Below are positions 9,022 to 15,783 of a DNA stretch of 17,855 nt, in pieces. The position numbers and the translations under genes were made by a program. The DNA is from Candidatus Methylomirabilia bacterium (GTDB lineage Bacteria; Methylomirabilota; Methylomirabilia; Rokubacteriales; CSP1-6). Numbering within the stretch: the first letter of the stretch is position 1; each line of letters opens with the position of its first letter. The stretch covers positions 1-17,855 of the forward strand of contig JBHIBG010000053.1 of the NCBI GenBank assembly GCA_046758965.1. Reading direction: 5' to 3'. The notes under the pieces are model-generated. The model made no database searches. It was not told the origin of the DNA and worked only from the letters and a program-made list of their open reading frames with translations.

Positions 9022-10158
9022 GTGAGGACGCCGCCGCGGATCCTGATCGTGGATGACAACCGTACGAATCTGGACATCCTCCAGACCCGCCTCGCCGCCC
9101 ACAACTACGAGATTCTCACGGCCACCGACGGCGAAGAGGCGCTGGCCATCACCAGACAGGCGCAACCGGACTTGATCCTGCTGGATGTCATGATGCCCAA
9201 GATGGATGGAATCGAAGCCTGCCGACAGCTCAAGGCAGACCCCTCGCTCCCATTCATTCCGGTCGTCATGGTCACTGCCAAAGCGGACTCAAAGGACATC
9301 GTGGCCGGTCTGGAGGCAGGGGGCGACGAATACTTGACCAAACCCGTGGACCAGGCCGCGCTGGTTGCCCGGGTTAAATCAATGCTGCGGATCAAGGCCC
9401 TTCACGACACCGTCTGGGAGCAAGCCGCACGGCTCGAGGCTCAGGCGGCTCAGCTTGCCTCGTTCAACCGGACGCTCGAGCAACGTGTTCAGGAGCAACT
9501 CGCCGAGCTGGAGCGAGTGGGCCGGCTCAAGCGCTTCTTCTCTCCCCAGCTCGCGGAGCTGATCGTGGCTGGCGGGGCCGAGGACCCCCTCAAGAGCCAC
9601 CGGCGGGAGCTCACAGTGGTCTTCCTGGACCTCCGCGGCTTCACCGCCTTCGCCGAGACCTCGGAGCCCGAGGAAGTGATGGGGGTGCTCCACGAGTATC
9701 ATACCGAGATGGGCGGGCTGATCCTCGCTCACGAGGGGACTCTCGAGCGCTTCACCGGCGACGGCATGATGGTCTTCTTCAATGACCCCGTGCCGCTGGC
9801 AAACCCGGCCGAGCGAGCGATTCGGATGGCGCTGGCCATGCGAGACCGGGTGAGGAAGCTGACCGTCAAGTGGCGCAAGCAGGGGTACGACCTCGACTTC
9901 GGCGTCGGTATCGCGCAAGGCTACGCGACCATTGGCGCCATCGGCTTCGAGGGACGCTGGGACTACGGGGCGATCGGCACCGTCACCAATCTCGCCGCAC
10001 GCCTCTGCGGAGAGGCCCAGCCTGGTCAGATCTTGGTTTCCCAGCGCGTCCTGGGGACGGTGGAGGAGCTGGCACAGGTGGAGCCTGCGGGCGAGCTCTC
10101 GCTCAAGGGCTTCCACCGCCCGATCGCCGCCTACAATGTCCTCGGCCTCAAAGGATAG
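9022..10158 (+). CDS. Response regulator receiver fused to a class III nucleotidyl (adenylate/guanylate) cyclase, 378 aa
   Basis: Receiver ('ILIVDD', 'DLILLDVMMP', 'YLTKP'), coiled-coil linker, cyclase motifs 'VFLDLRGFT' (D203), 'FTGDGMM' (D247), 'GVGIAQG', 'TNLAARL' (N323, R327), 'LKGF'. GTG start. Confidence 0.93.
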   Translation: MRTPPRILIVDDNRTNLDILQTRLAAHNYEILTATDGEEALAITRQAQPDLILLDVMMPKMDGIEACRQLKADPSLPFIPVVMVTAKADSKDIVAGLEAGGDEYLTKPVDQAALVARVKSMLRIKALHDTVWEQAARLEAQAAQLASFNRTLEQRVQEQLAELERVGRLKRFFSPQLAELIVAGGAEDPLKSHRRELTVVFLDLRGFTAFAETSEPEEVMGVLHEYHTEMGGLILAHEGTLERFTGDGMMVFFNDPVPLANPAERAIRMALAMRDRVRKLTVKWRKQGYDLDFGVGIAQGYATIGAIGFEGRWDYGAIGTVTNLAARLCGEAQPGQILVSQRVLGTVEELAQVEPAGELSLKGFHRPIAAYNVLGLKG

Positions 10159-10307
10159 ATCGGCTACAAAACCGGGCAAAACCAGTAGGGCGGGCACCCC
10201 AGAGACCGCTCGCAAGGGCGCGTCCTGCCGCGAAGAGTCCCGGCGAACAGACCGGAATCAGTGCCTCCCGGGAAGGCTCGGTCTGGTCCCGGGGAGAGTG
10301 TCGTATC

Positions 10308-10552
10308 ATGAACCCCCATTCAGAGCGGCCATCTGATCGACTCCGGCCTCGAGCTCCTGTTCGGTGGCATTCTCCAGGGCGGCATCTACGCGCTCGGCGC
10401 CCTCGGCCTCTGGTTGATCTTCGGCGTGCTCCGCGTCCTGAACGTGGCTCACGGCGACTTCCTGGTTCTGGGAGGGCCTATCACCTACCGGCTCTACACC
10501 TCCGTCGGGCTCTCTCCGGTCCTGGGCATCGGGGTGGTCTTCCCTGGCCTGA
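10308..10552 (+). pseudogene. livH: 5' fragment of a branched-chain amino acid ABC transporter permease (LivH-like), frameshifted and truncated
   Basis: Frame 1 from 10312 reads TPIQSGHLIDSGLELLFGGILQGGIYALGALGLWLIFGVLRVLNVAHGDFLVLGG, the typical LivH N-terminus. The SD-preceded ATG at 10308 is one base out of frame. Similarity ends after about 80 codons, where the convergent glycosylase gene ends. Confidence 0.8.
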
Positions 10553-11245
10553 TCACCGATCGGAGGCATCGATCAGGCGTCGAGACCGGGCGAACACCTG
10601 GCAGAGCATGGGGCGAGTGAGCTTGCCGGTGAAGGTGTTTTGCTGGCTTGGATGGTAAGAGGCAACGAGGGTGAGGCCGGAAGAGAGGCGGACCGTCGCG
10701 CCGTGGGCAAATCGCGGCTTGGGTTTTGGGATCGGCTGACCGGCGGAAGCGAGCGCCCTGAGGCAAGCGTGCCAGGCCACTTGGCCCAAGGCTACTATCA
10801 CGCGCACGCCCGCGAGGAGGCGCAGCTCGGCCTCGAGGTACGGTTGACAGCGCGCGAGCTCGACGGAGGTGGGCTTGTTTGCCGGCGGGCAGCAGCGCGC
10901 CGCCGCGGTGCAATAGGCGTCGGAGAGCGCAAAGCCGTCCCTCCGACGGCTGGAAACGGGCTGGGAGGCAAAGCCGGTCTCGAAGAGGGCCCGGGCCAGC
11001 CACTGGCCACTCCCGTTCCCGGTAAACATCCGACCGGTCCGGTTCCCCCCATGGGCGGCAGGGGCGAGGCCGACGATCAACAGGCGGGCCTTCGGATCGC
11101 CGAAGCCTGGGAGCGGGGCAGCCCAGTAGGCCTCTCCCAGGTAGCGCCTGGGGGGATCCTCGGCCGCGGCCTGCCGGTACCTCACCAGGCGGGGGCATTT
11201 CCGACATCTGATCACCTGCGCGCGAACGGATCTGAGTGATCTCAT
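10553..11245 (-). CDS. udgB: Uracil-DNA glycosylase, family 5 (UdgB-type, 4Fe-4S), 230 aa
   Basis: 'CRKCPRL', motif A 'VGLAPAAHGGNRTGRMFTG', 'RCCPPANKP...C' and motif B 'YHPSQQNTFTG'. Confidence 0.9.
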   Translation of the reverse strand: MRSLRSVRAQVIRCRKCPRLVRYRQAAAEDPPRRYLGEAYWAAPLPGFGDPKARLLIVGLAPAAHGGNRTGRMFTGNGSGQWLARALFETGFASQPVSSRRRDGFALSDAYCTAAARCCPPANKPTSVELARCQPYLEAELRLLAGVRVIVALGQVAWHACLRALASAGQPIPKPKPRFAHGATVRLSSGLTLVASYHPSQQNTFTGKLTRPMLCQVFARSRRLIDASDR

Positions 11246-11448
11246 GCTCCCGGATCCGGCTGCGCCGGGCTCGAGCCCACCTCAGCTCCCAGGTAGCGGG
11301 CGATGCCGGCCCAGCAGATCTTGTGCGAGGGCCTTCCGACGATCGGTATTCCCTCGATCTCGCCGCGGTCTTCCGAGAGGCTCACGCTGGGGAGCGCGGC
11401 GAGGCCGCCGAAGGAGACAGCGAGACGCCCCACCTCAAGCACGGGCAT
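11242..11448 (-). pseudogene. livG: Internally deleted remnant of an ABC ATPase (LivG-like), still an open 68-codon frame
   Basis: MPVLEVGRLAVSFGGLAALPSVSLSEDRGEI matches the LivG N-terminus, EGIPIVGRPSHKICWAGIAR matches the segment before the Q-loop, and YLG matches the LivG C-terminal end. Walker A, signature and Walker B motifs are all absent. Confidence 0.7.
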
Positions 11449-11497
11449 TGCCGAATGATCCTACCATGAAACTCGAAAGCCATCAGGAGTTCACCCC

Positions 11498-12364
11498 ATG
11501 ACGGCGCGGGTGCCGACCTTGATCGTCCACGGCGGAGCCGGAGCCGACCCTGCCGAGGGGAAGGAGGAGATTCGTGCCGGCATCCGCGAGGCCGTTGCTG
11601 CGGGGTGGCGCATCCTCAAGGAAGGCAGGACCGCGCTGGATGCGGTTGAGGCCGCGGTGCGGGTCCTGGAAGCCCACCCGCGCTTCAACGCCGGCCGCGG
11701 CGCCGTGCTGAATTCTGCTGGAACTATTGAGCTGGACGCCTCGATCATGGAGGGCGATCGTCTCAGCTCCGGGGCCGTGGGCGCCGTGAGAGGGGTCGCC
11801 CATCCTGTCACGCTGGCCAGGCGGATCCTCGAGGACGGCCGCCACGTTCTGCTGGTGGCCGACGGGGCCCTGGCCTTCGCTCGGCAGGTGGGTCTCCCCG
11901 AATGCGACCCTGCCGAGTTGATCACGGAGCGGCAGCTGTGGCGTTGGCGGTCATCGCTGAGCGGGACTGTGGGGGCCGTGGCCCTCGACCGCCATGGCAC
12001 CATCGCCGCGGCCACTTCCACGGGCGGCCTCGCGGGAAAACCTCCCGGCCGGGTGGGTGATTCGGCGCTGATCGGTGCCGGAACCTACGCCGAGAGTTCC
12101 CTCGGCGGAGTCTCCTGCACGGGGTCCGGCGAGGCGATCATCCGTGTGACGCTGGCGCGGCGGGCCGTGGAAATTCTCAAGGCTCCGGACGGCCCTGGGC
12201 AAGCCAGCCTGGTGGCCGTGGACGTGCTCACCGAAGAGGGACGAGGCGACGGTGGCCTGATCCTGCTTGACTGGCGGGGCCGCATGGGCTGGGCCCACTC
12301 GACCCCGTTCATGCCCGTGGGCTGGATCGCGCCCTGCTGCGCGGGTCCCGCTCTCCCCTTCTGA
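11498..12364 (+). CDS. iaaA: Isoaspartyl peptidase / plant-type L-asparaginase (Ntn hydrolase), 288 aa
   Basis: 'LIVHGGAG', 'FNAGRGAVLN', 'ELDASIM', autocleavage site 'G/TVGAVALD', 'ATSTGG', 'GRVGDS', 'SCTGSGE'. SD AGGAG upstream. Confidence 0.92.
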   Translation: MTARVPTLIVHGGAGADPAEGKEEIRAGIREAVAAGWRILKEGRTALDAVEAAVRVLEAHPRFNAGRGAVLNSAGTIELDASIMEGDRLSSGAVGAVRGVAHPVTLARRILEDGRHVLLVADGALAFARQVGLPECDPAELITERQLWRWRSSLSGTVGAVALDRHGTIAAATSTGGLAGKPPGRVGDSALIGAGTYAESSLGGVSCTGSGEAIIRVTLARRAVEILKAPDGPGQASLVAVDVLTEEGRGDGGLILLDWRGRMGWAHSTPFMPVGWIAPCCAGPALPF

Positions 12365-12396
12365 GATCCCCAACAGCCCTGCCGCGTGGGGACAGC

Positions 12397-13053
12397 TCAC
12401 CCGGCCTCGGCTTCCACGGGTCTCTGATGAAATGGCAGCTGCGAGACGATGGCCGCGCGCGCTTGTCGAGCCAGTTCCTGCGACGCTGTCCGCAAGTCGC
12501 CGCTGCGCTGGGTCGTAAGCAGCGGGTGGTAGACAACGGTGATGCGTCCTGGCCGGGGGAAGCGCCGGTGGGGCGGCCAGGCCTCGTGCCCCCCCAGAAT
12601 GGTGACGGGGAGGACGGGCACGTGCAGCGAGCAAGCCAGTCTGAAAGCCCCGAGCTTGAACGGCTGGAGCCGCCCGTCTTGGGTGCGGCCGCCTTCCGGG
12701 AAGACCATCAGCGCCGCTCCGGCCCGGAGGAGCCGCACTGCCTTCCGCGCAGCCCTGGGGTCCGCGCTCTCAGTCTCCACCGGGAAGGCGCGGAGCCGGC
12801 GAATCAGCCAGCCAAACCCCGGCACCTCAAAGAGTCGGCTCCACGCGAGGTAATGGACGGGGCGGCGGATGGCCACGCACACGAAAACGGGGTCAGCGTA
12901 ACTCACGTGGTTCGAGGCAATGATCAGCGGGCCCTGGAGGGGCACGTGGTGGCGGCCCTCCAGGCGGATCCCGAAGTAGGCTCTGGCGAAGAGCCAGAGG
13001 AACGGACGGAACAGGTCGATGACAGGGGTCCGCACGGGTTCATCGTGGCACAA
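12397..13053 (-). CDS. plsC: 1-acyl-sn-glycerol-3-phosphate (lysophospholipid) acyltransferase
   Basis: Catalytic 'NHVSYAD' (HX4D), 'VFPEGGRT', 'FKLGAF', 'VPVLPVTI'. The start is uncertain (TTG at 13053 or GTG at 13035). Confidence 0.88.
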   Translation of the reverse strand: MCHDEPVRTPVIDLFRPFLWLFARAYFGIRLEGRHHVPLQGPLIIASNHVSYADPVFVCVAIRRPVHYLAWSRLFEVPGFGWLIRRLRAFPVETESADPRAARKAVRLLRAGAALMVFPEGGRTQDGRLQPFKLGAFRLACSLHVPVLPVTILGGHEAWPPHRRFPRPGRITVVYHPLLTTQRSGDLRTASQELARQARAAIVSQLPFHQRPVEAEAG

Positions 13054-13137
13054 CGGAGCGGGTGTGACAACACGCCCCGCGCGGGCTGAGGGGCCGGGAT
13101 CCCCCGACGGGACTACCGGCCCAGGGCGGGCGGGGTG

Positions 13138-13160
13138 AAAAAAGACGAGGTCGAAGCTCG
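13138..13160 (-). terminator. Possible intrinsic terminator after the DksA/TraR-family gene
   Basis: Minus-strand CGAG-CUUCGAC-CUCG followed by UCUUUUUU, 22 nt after the stop codon. The stem is only 4 bp. Confidence 0.3.
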
Positions 13161-13182
13161 AGGGGCGGGAGACACGGCCACC

Positions 13183-13599
13183 CTATTCGGGCGCTTCGTC
13201 CTCCTCCGGACCGCCGAACAGGGAGTCGACCGTCACCGCGTGCCGGGCCTCGCGCTCTAGACGGTCCTGGCAACGAACGCAGGTGGTCACCTCCGGGATC
13301 GCCCGAAGGCGCGCCGGCGCGATAGGCTCCTCGCACTCCTCACACACTCCGTAAAGGCCGTTGCGGAGGCGATCCAACGCGTCCGCCAGCCTGTTGGCAC
13401 GCTCCACCAGCAGACTGCGGGTGGCGAAGCCGATCTCCCGCGCTTCGTTCAACTGGACATGGTCCAACGAGTCGGTAAAGGACGAGAAGTCTCCGACAGC
13501 GGTCGGGATGTCCTCAACCACGACCGTCCCCCCGAGCTGACGGAGCCGCTCCCTGGCCTGCCTGAGCTCTCGTTCCAGCTGCGCTTGGATCTGCTCCAT
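13183..13599 (-). CDS. DksA/TraR family C4 zinc-finger transcription factor, 138 aa
   Basis: Coiled coil with tip motif 'DSLD' and C-terminal 'YGVCEECEEPIAPARLRAIPEVTTCVRCQ'. I moved the start from 13695 to the ATG at 13599 because a strong SD (GGGAGGAAGG) precedes it. Confidence 0.9.
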   Translation of the reverse strand: MEQIQAQLERELRQARERLRQLGGTVVVEDIPTAVGDFSSFTDSLDHVQLNEAREIGFATRSLLVERANRLADALDRLRNGLYGVCEECEEPIAPARLRAIPEVTTCVRCQDRLEREARHAVTVDSLFGGPEEDEAPE

Positions 13600-13657
13600 A
13601 GCCCTTCCTCCCTCTGCGACACGCGCCACCTTTCGACTCCGGGTGCAGCAGAAGGCA

Positions 13658-13674
13658 TACAAACTCCGTGCCAA
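13658..13674 (-). promoter_or_regulatory. sigma54 (-24/-12)-like promoter upstream of the DksA/TraR gene
   Basis: Minus strand reads TTGGCACG-GAGT-TTGTA against the consensus YTGGCACG-N4-TTGCW, with one mismatch at -12. It lies 58 nt upstream of the ATG, with an AT-rich tract further upstream. Confidence 0.55.
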
Positions 13675-13833
13675 CCTGGTACAGCGACCCGACACTCAAA
13701 CGCAACACACCGAAAAACAAAATTATTCCTTTTATTTCCCCTGAGGTTGCCACTGGTGAGGACTCACCGGGAGGTAGGGCAAAAATGGTCAGACTGGCAA
13801 AAAACCATGGAAAAACTTCCGTGATGTGACAGT

Positions 13834-14133
13834 TTACGCCGGGTCGGACGCGGAGTTGCGGAGGTTGGACCGGAGAAAGTCCTCGAAGCCAGCCTCAAGC
13901 TCAGAGGTCAGGCGTTCGGCCACGCTCTCCGGGGTTCCAGGGCGCTCCCCTTCCGGCCCTTGCTGCCAGCCTTCCAGGTAGGCGTCGGCACCGGAGGCAC
14001 CCTCACGCATCGCGACAGCGTCAACAAGCTCCTGAAACCGCTGGGAGAGAGAGGCCCGAACGGCGTGATCCCCCTCGAAGGCTTCCACGAGCGAGGGGAT
14101 CTCCCGCCAGTAGATCACCCGGTAGCGCGCCAT
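13834..14133 (-). CDS. Small protein of the 'Virulence_fact' domain family (CvfC-associated domain), function unknown, 99 aa
   Basis: Pattern 'YWREIPS.V...RFQELVDAVAM...DAYLEGW' matches this family as I recall it. Overlaps the malic enzyme stop by 19 nt. Confidence 0.75.
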   Translation of the reverse strand: MARYRVIYWREIPSLVEAFEGDHAVRASLSQRFQELVDAVAMREGASGADAYLEGWQQGPEGERPGTPESVAERLTSELEAGFEDFLRSNLRNSASDPA

Positions 14134-15563
14134 CGGGGGGGAAGGGCGAGCGTCTTCCGTCTCCGCCGGGCGGCTCCGGTCTCCTGAGCGACCCGGGCAA
14201 CCCCCGCAGCCACCGCTGCGACCACGCGTTTGTCGAACACGGAGGGGGTGATGTACTCCTCGGTGAGCTCTGATTTACTGACGATGTTAGCGATCCCATG
14301 AGCCGCGGCGATCTTCATCTCATCCGTGACGGTGCGGGCGCGCACGTCCAGGAGCCCCCGGAAGAAGCCCGGAAAGCAGCAGACGTTATTGATCTGATTG
14401 GGGTAGTCAGACCGCCCGGTGGCCATGACCCGCACCCGAGCCCCTACCTCCTCTGGCATGATCTCCGGGATCGGGTTGGCCATCGCAAAGACGATGGGAT
14501 CACGCGCCATCTGCTCGATGTCCTTCAGCGTCACCACTCCGGGACCGGACAGCCCGATGAAGACATCCGCCCCTCTGAAGGCATCCCCGGTCCGCGTGAG
14601 GCGTTTCGGGTTGGTGTGCTCCGCGAACCACACCTTCACGGGGTTCATGTTCTCGGTGCGCCCCTTATAGAGGATCCCCGCGCGGTCGCAGGCAATGACG
14701 TGTCTCACCCCGACGCGCATCAGGAGCTCGGCGGTCGCGATCGCCGAGGCGCCGGCTCCGGCGAACACCACCTTGACATCCTGGAACCGCTTCTTGACGA
14801 TCTTGAGGGCGTTGATGAGCGCCGCGAGCACCACGACAGCGGTGCCGTGCTGATCGTCATGGAAGACCGGAATGTCCAGCTCCTTGCTGAGCCGCTCCTC
14901 GATGGTGAAACAGCGAGGGGCGGAGATGTCCTCCATGTTGATCCCGCCAAACACCGGGGAGATGGCTTTTACGATGCGCACGATCTCATCCGGATCCTTG
15001 GTGTCCAGGCAGACGGGGAACGCGTCGACGCCGGCCAGCTCCTTGAACAGGAGCGCTTTGCCCTCCATGACGGGCATGGCGGCCTTCGGCCCGATGTCTC
15101 CTAGCCCCAGGACCGCGCTGCCATCGGTGACCACGGCCACGCAGTTTTGCTTGATGGTGAGCGCGGAGGCCTTCTCCGGGTCTTCGTGGATGGCCATGCA
15201 GACCCGTGCCACGCCTGGGGTGTAGGCCATGGAGAGGTCGTCCCGGGTCTTCAGCGCCATCTTCCCCCTCACCTCGATCTTGCCGCCCAGGTGCATGAGG
15301 AACGTCCGATCAGACACGTTGACCACCTTGACGCCGGACACCGCCCTGAGGCGGTCTATCACCTGCGCCCCATGCCGCTCGTCGCGAGCCTTGAAAGTGA
15401 TGTCACGGGTGAGAGTGGTCTGTTCCGCCTGAACCAGATCGATGGCACCGATGTCGCCCCCGCCTTTCCCGATGGCGGACGTCACCTTCCCGAGCATGCC
15501 CGGTCGGTTCGTGATCTCCAGTCGGACGGTGAGGCTGTAGCTAGCGCTGGGGACAGAACTCAT
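14115..15563 (-). CDS. NAD(P)-dependent malic enzyme with an N-terminal ACT domain
   Basis: ACT-like 'NRPGMLGKVTSAI'; malic enzyme motifs 'LSMAYTPGVA', 'VTDGSAVLGLGDIG', 'PVMEGKALLFK', 'INMEDI', 'FHDDQHGTA', 'GAGAS', 'AMANPIPEI', 'TGRSDYPNQINN'. I prefer the ATG at 15563 over the TTG at 15566 because of SD spacing (AAGGAGA). Confidence 0.94.
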   Translation of the reverse strand: MSSVPSASYSLTVRLEITNRPGMLGKVTSAIGKGGGDIGAIDLVQAEQTTLTRDITFKARDERHGAQVIDRLRAVSGVKVVNVSDRTFLMHLGGKIEVRGKMALKTRDDLSMAYTPGVARVCMAIHEDPEKASALTIKQNCVAVVTDGSAVLGLGDIGPKAAMPVMEGKALLFKELAGVDAFPVCLDTKDPDEIVRIVKAISPVFGGINMEDISAPRCFTIEERLSKELDIPVFHDDQHGTAVVVLAALINALKIVKKRFQDVKVVFAGAGASAIATAELLMRVGVRHVIACDRAGILYKGRTENMNPVKVWFAEHTNPKRLTRTGDAFRGADVFIGLSGPGVVTLKDIEQMARDPIVFAMANPIPEIMPEEVGARVRVMATGRSDYPNQINNVCCFPGFFRGLLDVRARTVTDEMKIAAAHGIANIVSKSELTEEYITPSVFDKRVVAAVAAGVARVAQETGAARRRRKTLALPPRWRATG

Positions 15564-15714
15564 CAAGGACTCTCCTTACTTGGATCTAACCTGGAACCAA
15601 CCTCGGGCGCACGATTCCACGGCCATCATCCATCTTACCAGAGACGGGCCCCCAGAACCATTTTGCCGGCGCTCCAGGGGACTGCGAGTGGCACCTGCCA
15701 GCGCGGGGGTTGCC

Positions 15715-15743
15715 TTGACAGGCAGAGGCCCGGTCGCTACTGT
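15715..15743 (+). promoter_or_regulatory. sigma70-type promoter for the DUF169-methyltransferase fusion gene
   Basis: TTGACA (15715-15720), 17-nt spacer, TACTGT (15738-15743), then SD GAGGAGG before the ATG at 15784. Confidence 0.6.
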
Positions 15744-15783
15744 GGTAGCCGAGGACCTCCAGTCGAGCGAGGAGGAGTGAACG

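Noticed and set aside
5801..10215. Long minus-strand ORFs (5801-7129, 7499-8542, 8434-9165, 9379-10215) opposite the signalling operon
   Set aside because: Same antisense shadow effect; the plus-strand genes explain the region fully.
10170..10300. c-di-GMP-I, SAM-I, glycine or cobalamin riboswitch
   Set aside because: Only isolated short words match (GGGCAAA, AGAGAC, GGGAAGGC). The full ordered set of conserved elements for any class is absent.
9870..10658. 262-aa plus-strand ORF spanning the cyclase end and the livH region
   Set aside because: Arg/Pro-rich off-frame translation overlapping a real gene. The recognisable LivH signal is in a different frame.
13059..13122. GC-rich hairpins between plsC and the DksA/TraR gene (such as GGGCCGG...CCGGCCC at 13091-13122)
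   Set aside because: Single copy, no adjacent U-tract, no recognisable RNA motif, and plausible by chance at this GC content.
13600..13695. 32-codon N-terminal extension of the DksA/TraR ORF in the supplied track
   Set aside because: A strong SD precedes the ATG at 13599, and the extension overlaps the predicted promoter.
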